A DNA stretch of 63,244 nucleotides, counting the filler, from Octopus bimaculoides (taxonomy: Eukaryota), in assembly GCF_001194135.2 (NCBI RefSeq). It is 5 parts of 5 records of this genome, joined end to end, with 100 filler letters (N's around TTAATTAATTAA, not from the genome) between each part and the next. Parts side by side here need not be neighbours in the genome. Positions count along the whole stretch, not along the records: positions 36,653 to 52,445 come from NC_068998.1; positions 52,546 to 59,727 come from NC_068988.1; positions 59,828 to 63,244 come from NC_069004.1; 2 more parts are not named here. One strand, 5' to 3'. Below the pieces are notes generated by a model. It ran no database searches. It was given only the letters and a program-made list of their open reading frames with translations, and was not told where the DNA came from. Of the stretch, positions 50,559-63,244 are shown piece after piece. Positions within the stretch are counted from its first letter, which is position 1. Each line of letters starts with the position of its first letter. A program made the position numbers and the translations under genes.

Positions 50559-51199
50559 ACGTTTCGTGACACACATATTTCCCGCACATATCTGAGTAAA
50601 ATCAAGAGCCACAGCTCTCTATATATACGGCCTGCTGGAGGGTGTATATAGGGTGTACGGGTAGAAGAGTTCTGTTTTTTAAACTATAAAGTGACACAGA
50701 CATGTATAGGTCAGTGGAAACAATGTCTTTGAATCTGTTTGTAAAAGTTATCTTCTGGAATATGGTGGGTGTATATAGTGTGTGTGCGTATACATATGTG
50801 TGTGTGTGTATATGCGTGTATATATGTATGTATGTATCTGTGTGTATGCATATATATACAAACATATATATATATATATGTATGTATATGTTTGTACGTA
50901 AGCACAAACATTAACCAGATGTGTCTATATTCTTGGCATTCGTATAAAGAGGGGGAGAGAGAGAGAGAGAGAGATTGCGAAAGGTGGGGAGCGAGAAGGA
51001 TGAAATTGCATATATATATATATAGAGAGAAGAGATAGATAGAGATAGATAGATAGATAGATAGACATATAGATAGATAGATAGATAGACATATAGACAT
51101 ATAGATAGATACATAGACATATAGATAGATAGACAGACAGGCATATAGACAAATAGACAGACAGACATATAGATAGACAGACANNNNNNNNNNACAAAC

Positions 51200-51243
<44 letters not shown>

Positions 51244-51282
51244 GCATACATACATACATACATACATACATAAACAGTTCAG

Positions 51283-51313
<31 letters not shown>

Positions 51314-51978
51314 TGAGATTAGGCGAAGAGGACGGCGGTTATAAAAACTGGAAAGAGAGCAAAGAGTAACAAGATCTGGTGTATAATGAAATATCCTCCA
51401 TGTTTGATGCTTGATGTGAATACATATGACATACATGAAAGAAAAAAAGAAAAAAACAGCAGCATGCTCCATGAGTGTTGAACCTACGCCTCATAAATAC
51501 CGTCTTTCTGCACTATTTAGCAAAGATACAGTAGATGTGATTCCCACGGGTGACCCGTTTACCATTCGTTTTTATTACATTTTTCTTGGCAACCAAATGT
51601 TGAAACGAAGGAGAGATGTGTGTGCACATACATACATACATACATACATACATACATACATACATACATACACCAATATAATTTAGTTTTGTTTAAGAGT
51701 GTTCTTAATATTAGAGGTGAGACCATGCTGCAGCACAGAGTACGGTGATTGTGGCTGTGTGGAAGCCAGTTAGGTGTGTATATTCTCTTACTCTGCCTGT
51801 CTGTCTCTNNNNNNNNNNNNNNNNNNNNNNNNNNNNNNNNNNNNNNNNNNNNNNNNNNNNNNNNNNNNNNNNNNNNNNNNNNNNNNNNNNNNNNNNNNNN
51901 NNNNNNNNNNNNNNNNNNNNNNNNNNNNNNNNNNNNNNNNNNNNNNNNNNNNNNNNNNNNNNNNNNNNNNNNNNNNNN

Positions 51979-52027
<49 letters not shown>

Positions 52028-52445
52028 AATATATAGATACACAAATATGTATATGTGTATATGTATGTGCGTATATATATGCATGTATATATATGTGTGT
52101 GTGTGTGTGTGTAAGTGTTTGTGTACTTTTACACAGCTATAAGTGGTTTAACTCTTATTTCTAGCAAGATATGTGCTTGTAGCGCATACAGTCATAATTA
52201 GTGACGACCAAAATTGTGTGTATATATATATATGTATATATATTGTCCATGCACAGGGGCCATCCGGACTCCCGTTTGCGCCGTGAACAGGGATTAATCT
52301 TCTATCTTCGCTCCTTTGCGCCACATGGGCTCAACTCCCCTCCACTCTTCATCTAACCCCCTCCTCCTGTCTCTCTCCCCCACCCTCCCTCCTACCACCC
52401 ATCTCTCCCCTCCCCCACCTCCTGCTCCGACTCCTACTTCTTTGT

Positions 52446-52545
52446 NNNNNNNNNNNNNNNNNNNNNNNNNNNNNNNNNNNNNNNNNNNNTTAATTAATTA
52501 ANNNNNNNNNNNNNNNNNNNNNNNNNNNNNNNNNNNNNNNNNNNN
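52446..52545. other. Artificial scaffold-joining spacer
   Basis: 44 N + TTAATTAATTAA (52490-52501) + 44 N. Confidence 0.95.
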
Positions 52546-52656
52546 CGAAATCGGATTAATGTAATGTAATGTAATATAAAGCTGAAGCAAATTAACACCA
52601 AATATACAGTGCATGTGTTTTTATTGGCTAAACTGGCAATATGACCATCCCCAAAT

Positions 52657-52689
<33 letters not shown>

Positions 52690-53911
52690 CACGAAGACTG
52701 TTCACTGTGATTTAGGCCTGCAATCCTTTGCGCGAACTTCAAAAAACCTTCTGACCGATTCAGTGAAAGTCAGGAAGCTAGACAGGCCAAAAACAGTGTT
52801 GTCCTGCTTCAAGAAGTTTGGATCCGTTGCGAAAATATTTTCTAACGAGGTAATCTTCCCTGTGGATGCTGTTGCGAACAGACGAGATAATCGGTATATT
52901 GCTGAGTCATCATTTCAAGTGAATGGTGTCTTCAGAACAAAGCATCCTGCCCAGGTGATGGTTTTAAGAGGTGTGGCATCAGATGGCCAAAAAAGGCCCC
53001 TGCATATTTTCAAATCTGGTGAGAGAATAAGTGCTAATATCTATTACTAAGTGTTAAGGTATCAAGTCCTGCCTTGGTTTAAGGCTAATTATAACGAAGT
53101 TAATTACGAGGTGGTGTCAAAAAGCTCCACTTTTGAAGCGTCTGTGTCACTTGAAACATTGTGTACGACCATTGTCTCGTCACTGTAATCTTGCCGAAGC
53201 ATGCTCAATGTCTCTGTAGCAGACTTCCGAAGTTTAACGCAAAATTCCACGATGGCTCTTTGTTCCTGTCCTTGACAAAATCGCAGACAACAGCATACAC
53301 ATGGTCACAAAGACACAAATTTCACAACTTCCGAAGTAAGCAGAGCGATGTCACTCGGCACACTGCCTCATGAAAGTCACTGCTAGCTCTCACTGTGCAC
53401 GCATCTGTGTACTGCCATCTGTTGGCGCGCTACAGAACAAGTCCGGGAACTTTTTGACACCACCTCGTATGTGTGGACTCAGGATGGAGCACCTACTCAT
53501 ACAGCGAAGAAAGTGCAAAAAGTTTGCAAGAACAATTTTTCTGCTTTTTGGCCTTCTGATATCTGGCCCTCCTCCAGCCCAGATTTGAATCCGATGGACT
53601 ATTCTATTTGGGGCACTTTAGTGCAGGTTACCAATAGAACTTCTCACCAAACACTGAACACTTCAAGCAAGTTTTGAAAGAAAAAGGGGCCAAATTGTCT
53701 ATTCATTTTATTATAAAGATCTGTGAAGCTTTCAGATGCCGTATCCAGTTGGTGATAGAAAATAACGGTGGACACATTGAGTAGAATCTCTGTTATAGGC
53801 AGTAATAACTTGTATGTAAATAACTTCGTTATATGTTGACTTTTCCAATGCAGTACAATAAAACATTCTCAAATTTCGTTTGGCGTTTCCAAGTTTTGCT
53901 TTCCCACCATG
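52690..53911 (+). mobile_element. DD37D mariner remnant interrupted by a MITE
   Basis: KHPAQVMVLRGVASDG..; WTQDGAPTH...SPDLNPMDY with 37 residues between the two Asp; right TIR ..gctttcccaccatg|ta. Left end not clearly seen. Confidence 0.85.
53107..53467. mobile_element. Mariner-type MITE nested in the DD37D transposase
   Basis: Perfect 18-bp TIR CGAGGTGGTGTCAAAAAG with TA duplications at 53105-53106 and 53468-53469. Removing it restores AAT TAT GTG TGG ACT CAG GAT (NYVWTQD). Confidence 0.9.
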
Positions 53912-53913
53912 TA

Positions 53914-55200
53914 GAGGCGACCTGGTCTTGTTGTTACACGGGTAAGTTGTTACAAGTCCATTATTTCCAACTTCAAAAAATAGGTGGCACTCATGAAGGC
54001 CAACTCCATAGCATCATGACTAAACATGTGTATTGCACTGGCGGGCTGTCACCAGGAAAGCTATGGTTGAAAAAACGATTTTTTTTTACTCCAAAAGTGA
54101 AATTTTTCCACTAAGTTATTTCCTTAACTATTAAAGCACAAGTGGTGTTACTAAAGTAGTTTGTGGCTCATTAGAAAGTGTTGGAAGTTTCCTTCGATAC
54201 ATGAAGGTGTGTCCTGGATGTCATGCATTTGTAGTGCAGTGCACGAGGTAATCCCCAGAAATCCATGGTCGGGGCTAATTGTTACAGTGTATCAACTTAC
54301 CCCAGACATGTAACAACTTACCTCTTCTATTTCAGTTTAACACGCCATGCCTAGAAATCACAAAAGGAAGATTACAAGTGGGGTGGTACCCTCCTGATAG
54401 CATGGAAAGAGCCGCCAGAAAAGTTGTGGATGAAAAGAAATCATTACGGGATGTTGCCGTAAAACAGCGCATAGTGGATGAAATAAACGAACGGGAAATC
54501 CAAACCAAAGAAGGCAACTCGCACAGAAAAGATAACAAAGGGGAAGGGAAAGTCAACTAAAACAGGTAAAGGCAAAGGGAAGCAGTCTCACAGCAAGCAA
54601 GTCGCCGATTGGAAATGCTTTGTCTGCTCAGACTGGTATTCCAACTCCCTTCCAGGTGAAGAATGGGTGCAATGCATGATCTGGTAACGACTGGGCACAC
54701 ACTGACTGTACTGATGGACGACAGGACTTTCTGTGTGATCTGTGTGTTGAGAAGTTAATGGAGGACGATTCCGACGAGATAGCACAGGAAACAATGTGGA
54801 AATTGGCTGATGAGGACTTTCAGTATCACAGTTAGGATATGAGGTGGTTCAAAGCACAGTTAATTAAAATAATACTTCCTAGATGCAAGAAGCAGGTGAC
54901 GTATTCGTTTTAAACTTGTTTGTTAACATAATTCCGAGTTATCGACAGTTGTAACAAAGTTCCCCAGTAAGTGTCACAACGTAACCTGCACTCGGGGAAA
55001 ATTGTTACAGCTGACACCACCTCATTAATTAGAACATATCTAATTAATGTTATGTAATTTCTGTTTTTTGCTGGTGATAACAATAAATAGAGATGTTTTA
55101 CTAATTAAATCTGAAAAGGAACATCAGCTGTGTTCGTTGATGTGGGTTCCAAGGCAAAAAAAAAAAAAATGGAAAAAATGTAACTAGACCCAGTCACCTC
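53914..55200 (+). mobile_element. pogo/Fot1-like transposon deletion derivative (N-terminal HTH plus C-terminal PHD finger, DDE core lost)
   Basis: TA-flanked imperfect TIRs GAGGcGACctGGTCTtGTT / GAGGtGACtgGGTCTaGTT; MPRNHKRK..DSMERAARKVVDEKKSLRDVA from 54347; C4HC3 PHD at 54607-54750 (one frameshift); repeated GGGnnAnTTGTTACA subterminal motifs. Confidence 0.7.
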
Positions 55201-55424
55201 TATGAGTACACATATGTGTCAAAAACGAGTTGTGCCTGCATTTCAAAAGTACTACCTTGTCACATTCTGTGTCACGTTGAATCTGAGAACTATGTTAAGA
55301 GTACGCGCGTCTGTAGAGTGATCAGCCACTTGCACGTTAATTTCATGAGCAAGCTGTTCCGTTGATCGGATCAACTGGAACCCTCGACGTCGTAACCGAC
55401 AGAGTGCCAGTCATATATGTATAT

Positions 55425-55948
55425 ACACAGACATGCAGGAAGTAAATAGACACGTTTAATTTTCAAAATTTCTGAGCTAAGCGTCTTAATATGTTTTCAC
55501 AATGTAATTATTCTTTTTCGTTTCAGGTACCATTATATTAAACATTTGCCAAGAGTAACCATGCCACGCACAAAATATTCGGCAGAGCTGTCAGATTTTC
55601 AAAGAGTTCGTATTGTTGGGAAATCTGAGGCTGGTCTTAGCCAGCGAAAAATTGCCGAAAATTTTCAAATTCCTCTTGCTACTGTTAATAGAATTATAGT
55701 GCAATTGAAAAGCCAAGGAAAAGAATCAACAGATTCTCGTCCCGGCCGACCTGGGCCCTCGGAAAGGAAGTTTTGCTGTTTGAAGAGAATTGTGGAAAAC
55801 GAACCCCGTTCGAAGGCTTCTGACATTGCAAAACATCTAGAAGTTAAAAATACATCGAAATACTTAAGCAAGGACTACTTCCGATGTATTCACATGATAA
55901 CATAACGGAAAACGAGTTTTTGTTCATGGAAGATGGGACTCCATGCCA
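55425..55948 (+). mobile_element. Tc1-like transposase remnant running into a gap
   Basis: [53 protein letters not shown] is a paired-like HTH with GRP motif, followed by a deletion to FLFMEDGTPC (QDGAPCH-like). Confidence 0.8.
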
Positions 55949-57074
55949 NNNNNNNNNNNNNNNNNNNNNNNNNNNNNNNNNNNNNNNNNNNNNNNNNNNN
56001 NNNNNNNNNNNNNNNNNNNNNNNNNNNNNNNNNNNNNNNNNNNNNNNNNNNNNNNNNNNNNNNNNNNNNNNNNNNNNNNNNNNNNNNNNNNNNNNNNNNN
56101 NNNNNNNNNNNNNNNNNNNNNNNNNNNNNNNNNNNNNNNNNNNNNNNNNNNNNNNNNNNNNNNNNNNNNNNNNNNNNNNNNNNNNNNNNNNNNNNNNNNN
56201 NNNNNNNNNNNNNNNNNNNNNNNNNNNNNNNNNNNNNNNNNNNNNNNNNNNNNNNNNNNNNNNNNNNNNNNNNNNNNNNNNNNNNNNNNNNATATATATA
56301 TGTTGCATGATATATATACGCTCACACACATACGCGTACATGTTTACTTACATGGATAGATACATTCATAAATATGTACACTCATACATACATAAAACAC
56401 GCAAACAAGTATTTATACATATATACTTACTTACACACATACGCATACATACATACATACATGCATACATACATACATACATACGTAAATAGTTTATTTC
56501 TTATATTTTCAAATAGACCAAAAGTCGAGAAAATCACTCACGCTTAGCAAAAATGCAAACGTCACTAAAGTTAGTGTACACCTGCAAGATCTTGAACGGA
56601 TCAACGACATTTAAGTGACACTCAACGACAAAAAGTCCAGATCCACCATTACAGAAAGNNNNNNNNNNNNNNNNNNNNNNNNNNNNNNNNNNNNNNNNNN
56701 NNNNNNNNNNNNNNNNNNNNNNNNNNNNNNNNNNNNNNNNNNNNACATACACACATATAAACACACATATATGCACACATACATACACACATATAAACAC
56801 ACATATATGCACACATACATACACACATATAAACACACATATATGCACACATACATACACACACATACATACATACATACATACACACATACATACACAT
56901 ACATACATACATACATGCATGCATACATACATACATACATACATACACACACATACATACATACACACATACATACACAGATATATGCACACATACATAC
57001 ACACACATACATACATACATACATACATACATGCATACATACATACATACATACGTAAATAGTTTATTTCTTAT

Positions 57075-57950
57075 ATTTTCAAATAGACCAAAAGTCGAGA
57101 AAATCACTCACGCTTAGCAAAAATGCAAACGTCACTAAAGTTAGTGTACACCTGCAAGATCTTGAACGGATCAACGACATTTAAGTGACACTCAACGACA
57201 AAAAGTCCAGATCCACCATTACAGAAAGTGGATACTCAAGAAAATATTCTTCCTTGCTCAGACATGGAAACCTTTGAAAACTGCGAACATGTTACTGATT
57301 TGCAGATTGGTGCGTTTGTAGATTCATGCTTCGTTGAATATATTCGCAAACTGTCCTCGCCCTGTTTTGGTCTCAGTGGCAGAATACAGAGACAATTCTC
57401 TATGAGAGGCTCAACTGTGATGTTGAAACTTTGGTAAAAAGCCTTTATTTTAAGCTTCGACTACTACTCACAGCTTTGTTCCCTTAGAGTTCAGACTTTA
57501 CCTACAAACTGATGTAGGTAGATAAATCAAAGCAAAGGTCAACAAAATACGAAAAACAAATCAATTTGAGGGCCTCTAATACTCGAATCTACAATTGACG
57601 CTCTCCCGATCCCATCAATTTACTGTTTGGAACAACAACGGTAATGATGGGAGCTTTGCTCTGTCATATCAGAAAGAAAAAGAATGAGTAATGGTAGGTA
57701 CTGTAACACCCTAAAATTCCAACCTCAGAAGTACGCGGTAATGTTTTGGCGTTTAATTGTCCCTGAATGTACAGTAGCTTTCCAGAATGTTTACAAAACT
57801 TTGGCAAAGTATTTTCATTCGAAACGTATAAAAGATGTCTGTATGAATTTTTTAGTATTGTACCGAATCAACCATCCGTGAAAGACTAAAGCTAGCTACC
57901 CTCCCCCAATTCATTGATCTACTAACTAGAGATACCACGCATACAATAAA
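57075..57950 (+). mobile_element. Highly degenerate CR1-like LINE 3' part
   Basis: EHVTDLQI..LSGRIQRQFSMRGSTVMLKLW*KAFILSFDYYSQL and ..AFNCP..FETYKRCLYEFFSIVPNQP parallel the 31-32 kb element (SVRDLGI..AGWILRIFRSRDKETVMVLWRTFVLSRLDYCSQL..LDLFLTRVLDEP). Confidence 0.7.
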
Positions 57951-58039
57951 AAATATCAGCGAAAGTATTGGATAACTTTATCTATCTATCTATCCATCTA
58001 TCTATCTATCTATCTGTCTATCTGTCTCCCTCTCCCTTC

Positions 58040-58095
<56 letters not shown>

Positions 58096-58159
58096 TCCAT
58101 TCCCTCTCTCTCTCTCTATCTATCTTTCACTCACTCACTCACTCTTTCTGTCTTTCTCA

Positions 58160-58191
<32 letters not shown>

Positions 58192-58564
58192 GTATACATG
58201 TATATATGTGTGTTTATATATATATTTGTATATACATACATACATACGTACGTACATACATACATACATACATACATACATAAATACATATGCATGCATC
58301 TAGACATAAAAACGCATCCATAATACAAACATACAAATCTGCGCATACACTAACACCAAATACTGCACACACACACATATATGCACAAATACCTAGATGA
58401 TGTTGATAAAAGTTCCAATGAAGGAGCCTTGAATCTATGTTAGAGTCCGGCTCTTTCTCTATGGACAAGAAATACAGAAATGAAACTGATTGATAACATA
58501 CATACATACATACATACATACATACATACATACATACATACATACATACGTGTGTTTAAAGTAA

Positions 58565-58805
58565 AGTTACCTTCTCAGGTCATGTCGATTCACAAGGGCC
58601 GGACTCCCGATTTCATGGCGTATATATTCCGCACCTGGACGGGACGGCGGTCCGTCGCAGGGTTACACATTTTTTGGCCAGCTGAGTGGACTGGAGCAAC
58701 GTGAAATGAAGTGCTTTGCTCAAGAAGACAATGCATCGCCCAGTCCAGGAATCGAAAGCCCAATCTTACAGCCATGTGTCCAATACCTTTACCACAAAGC
58801 TATGC
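58565..58805 (-). mobile_element. SINE family 2. Head-only copies at about 7170-7270, 15018-15085 and 23151-23220
   Basis: Same head and gttgctccagtccactcagctgg body. Confidence 0.7.
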
Positions 58806-59265
58806 GCCTCCGATATACGTATGTGCATGTGTGTTTGATTGTGCGTGTGTGTGTGTGTAGGTAGGTAGGTAGGTAGGTGAGTAGATAGGTAGGTAGATAT
58901 GATGTACCCTTAGAATAGTCGGCTTTAAAATAATCTAAAGCAAACAAAAGAACTACACGCAAAACCACACTCATACAATATTCTCAAATAGCAGTTCTTA
59001 TATGTCCACACAAAGAAATTATTATAAACACCAAAGGTTATTCACTTAAAAGAATGTCCGAATTAATAGCTTATTTACTTTATTAAGAATTATATTTCTA
59101 TATACATATAAACATGTTTATTATATATTCAGCATACACACACACACACACATTAGCGCATATAAATGCGTCTGTGTATGTATGTATGTATATATTCAGA
59201 ATATATATATATAAATTTATATATATATGGATGTATATGTGTATGTATATGTGTGAACGACATTA

Positions 59266-59317
<52 letters not shown>

Positions 59318-59669
59318 NNNNNNNNNNTCTCTCTCTCTCTCTCTCTCTCCCTCTCTCTCTCTCTCTATTTATCTATCTATCTATACACACACACACATAT
59401 ATGGACAAACATATGCATATATATGTATAAGCACGCACATATACATATATATATATATATGTGTGTGTGTGTCTGTGTGTGTGTGTGTGTGTGTGCGTGT
59501 TTGTGTATACATGTATATACTTATACAAGCATATATATATATGTATATATATATGCATGTATATATAGATATATACATATATACATATATACATGTATCT
59601 ATATATATATGCATATATATACATGTATATATATATATAAACACACACATATACATACATATATATATG

Positions 59670-59727
<58 letters not shown>

Positions 59728-59827
59728 NNNNNNNNNNNNNNNNNNNNNNNNNNNNNNNNNNNNNNNNNNNNTTAATTAATTAANNNNNNNNNNNNNNNNN
59801 NNNNNNNNNNNNNNNNNNNNNNNNNNN
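59728..59827. other. Artificial scaffold-joining spacer
   Basis: 44 N + TTAATTAATTAA (59772-59783) + 44 N. Confidence 0.95.
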
Positions 59828-59881
<54 letters not shown>

Positions 59882-60472
59882 CAGAGAGAGAGAGGGGGGT
59901 GAGGGAGGGAGGGAAGGAGAAAGAGAAACATTGTACCTTATTGAACACGACTGATAGAAGCTCTTTCCGCTCTCCTCATTCATATTACCAGAGGGGGGAG
60001 ATAATGTGAAAGAAGTGAGAGAACGAGAGAAACTCTACCATGAAAGAAACATTGAGACGCCTGATGTCAAGCAGGTCAGCGTCGAATCAACGACGCCAAA
60101 CATGCGGCGCCAGAACGGCTGCGCCAGAACCTCTCATACTTAATGGAATGTGAAGTTGAAAAGTTAATAAAGGCCCGGAGAAGGAAATAGTTGCGGCTGT
60201 AGCAGAAAATGGGGTGAATATCGTGTGGGAGGGTACGGAGGAGGGGAGTGGAGAGACGAGGTGGTAGAGGTGCTACTGGATGTCGTGACGGACTCCTGAA
60301 GAGCAGCGGAAACCGTTGGAGCATTTTTCCCACGGAAGTTTATATATTCAGGATATTTCTGTATTGTTGACAGAAAACAAGACAGACTCTTTAGAAATAG
60401 AACAAATATTTGTCCCCACTTAAACAATGCCGCTTTAGCATATATGTATATGTGTGTGGGTATGTGTGTGTG

Positions 60473-60521
<49 letters not shown>

Positions 60522-60565
60522 ATACGTGTATGTATGTATATATATGGATATATGTAGATAGATAA

Positions 60566-60599
<34 letters not shown>

Positions 60600-60617
60600 A
60601 GTGAGATTGAAAAATAG

Positions 60618-60724
<107 letters not shown>

Positions 60725-61032
60725 CATGCACACATATATATGCATGTATATATAAGGTGGAAGAGCGACATATATATATATATGTATATATATATATAGT
60801 GTGTGTGTATGTGTGCATATGTACATCTATAAATGTGCATACATTCGCTTGCACACACATATTTATGTATATACATATATATGTGCACGTAAGTATTTGT
60901 ATGTGTGTGTATTTGCGCACGCGAGCTTCTGTAATCGTCTGCCTCTACCTGTCTCTGCGTGTGTGCAACTATGCATGTATTACGCATGCATTTCGATACG
61001 CGCGCGCGCGCACACACACACACACATACATA

Positions 61033-61068
<36 letters not shown>

Positions 61069-61726
61069 TGAGCGTCAAACTAATACAGCTTTTTTGTTGT
61101 AATCTCACCTGTCTTAGTTCTTTGTTTCTTGTACATTTGAAACATATATATATATATATATATATATATAAGTATATGCATGTATGTATATTATGTATAT
61201 CGCATTATACTTAAACAAATAGTAGTTGTTTGTCAGTGTGACCTGGAGCGACCTTAACAGACAGAATCCACGTGAAAAACCCGAATCATATATTTTAATT
61301 AACAGAAAATTATCTTCATTCTTCTCAAACAACTGAAAAATAAATCGTTCAATATATTCCTTTCTTCATTCTTTCTTGTTTGCTTGCTTTCTTTCTTTCT
61401 TTCTTTCTTCCTTTCTTGCTTTCTTGCTTTCTGACATTCCAGCGCAACGTACGTTTGTTTCGATTCGCGCCGAGCGTTCTCAGTAATAGTAATATCAGCT
61501 AAGAATGAGACGAATAAATGAATTTAACTTATGGCGCAGGCGTGGCCGTGAGGCAAGAAGTTTGGTTCCCAACCACAAGATATCGAGTTCAGTTCTGCTG
61601 CGTGATGCCCTGGGCAACAGTCTTCTAATATAACAATAGAGCCCCCGCTGCCGAACAGAGTTATGTGTTGTGGCTTCATAAGACGGAAACAGAATGAAGC
61701 CCGACGTATTTATATACATACATACA

Positions 61727-61774
<48 letters not shown>

Positions 61775-63187
61775 AATATATATATACTTTACCATTAAAG
61801 CTGCAAAAAAATCACAAAATACTTCTACTCAGAGTTTCACATTCCCGTTCGTCGGACAGTTGTATTTGAGAATCAGTTGTTTGTGCTATTGTTATGATGT
61901 TTTTGCATGTATATTACTCTACCTCCAGTATTCGAGTACTATTTTTCCCACCTTGTTACACATGTGTGTGTTCGTCTTTACGTTTGTGTTTATCCACCAC
62001 TATCCCTTGACAACTAGTGTTGGTTTGTTTATGTCCCCGTAACTTAGCGGTTCGGGAGAGAGAAAAGCATAAGGTACTTTACCCAAAACATATATACTGG
62101 CATCGATTTGTTCCAACTAAAGCCGTCTAAGGCGGTGCTCCAGCATGGCCGCAGTACCAGACAATGTCCAACCTGTTATGTTATGTTATCCAGCCACCCG
62201 TATTCCTACCCAGCATCACTACCATTCCGCGCGAAGCTCAACTCGTCCTCACTATCAGTTACTTTTCTTCTTCTGGTATTTCACAAACAAGTCTGTGGGG
62301 CTGCAAATGACTCAAAGCTGACTCTGGTTTACGCAAATCTCTTTGACGGCCATGATTTTTTGGGAATGTTCCACTAGTATTGCTTCGAGTTAATGTTTGT
62401 GTACGTATTCAATAACACGGGAGTTCTCTATATTTATTCCAGGACATTTTCTTCGTTTCGAATGAGATTGTATATTGTTTTTGCCACTAAAAGACCAGAT
62501 TCGAAAAATCCGCGCCAGTTTCTTGTCTTCTTTCTCTGTGAAACCGAGTATGTATGTATTTATGCTTGTAAGTATGGGATTGAACATACAGCATTCAAAT
62601 CGATCTTTGCATAGATTTCTTTATCGTTGCTGTTAGATTAAAACTACAACACCTGGTGTTATGCATTTTCATGCAATAATAAATAACAAAGGAAAGAGAA
62701 GTCTTTGCTACATCCGCTTCATACCGGATAACAAAAACAAACTTAAGAAATAAAATACCCTATTAAAGCTGTTGACATAGAGACTATCGAAAAGGACTTT
62801 CACAATGGACCGGATTTAACACCAGACTGTTGTTGCTGTTGTCGTTGTTTCTGGGTGTAGACATGGGTGTGGACCACAAAGTTCGATTTCTTTTCATCTA
62901 TGAAGTTGCAGGTTCAATTTTACAGCGAAACAGGGTATGTGGTCGCTTCGGGTCGATCAAAAACTTCTCGGTTCAGTTCTTGCAGACGGAGAACGCGTTT
63001 TTGTATGAAGGCCCCTGTACGACTGCGAACCATTCTAAAGTTTACGGATAGTTTGGTTACATTAATCAATCTGGCGCAGAGGCCCGGGGAAAGAATTCCT
63101 CCAGACTGCTCCAAAGTCCACTAGTTGTCATCGGATTGGCTTATTCTTAAAAAATATGCAGACATGATTGTCTTGTCGTAAATCTAC

Positions 63188-63244
<57 letters not shown>

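Noticed and set aside
56460-57228. Roughly 200-bp direct repeat (56460-56658 and 57030-57228)
   Set aside because: The first copy ends exactly at a gap and the copies are identical, which is typical of unmerged contig overlap.
57228-57881. 69-aa and 65-aa ORFs as host exons
   Set aside because: Explained as degenerate CR1-like RT sequence.

Overview
AT-rich, microsatellite-dense animal DNA. The SINE/LINE repertoire points to an octopus-type coleoid cephalopod genome (inferred from recalled repeat sequences, not searched). The window is not one locus: four identical 100-nt spacers (44 N + TTAATTAATTAA + 44 N) join five separate scaffolds (A 1-24260, B 24361-36552, C 36653-52445, D 52546-59727, E 59828-63244), so nothing should be inferred across those junctions. 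The only well-supported host gene is a minus-strand AKNA-like gene in scaffold A. Its coding exons are 17809-17872, 10496-10670, 8151-9967, a probable 35-nt micro-exon at 4493-4527, and 3543-4019; all are phase-compatible, and the gene continues toward the left. The rest is mostly mobile-element debris: RTE, CR1-like and R4/Dong-like LINE fragments, three tRNA-headed SINE families, DD37D mariner, Tc1 and pogo-like (PHD-bearing) transposons, hAT/mariner MITEs, Helitron 3' ends and several long hairpins. The most notable oddities are SINE tandem arrays with a fixed linker, an ORF-less RTE derivative embedded in (TAA)n, a hairpin family sharing a 15-nt terminal motif, LINE-borne C2H2 fingers, and a candidate two-exon 61-aa ORF. 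I found no clear novel multi-gene system, and no rRNA, intact tRNA or CRISPR array.
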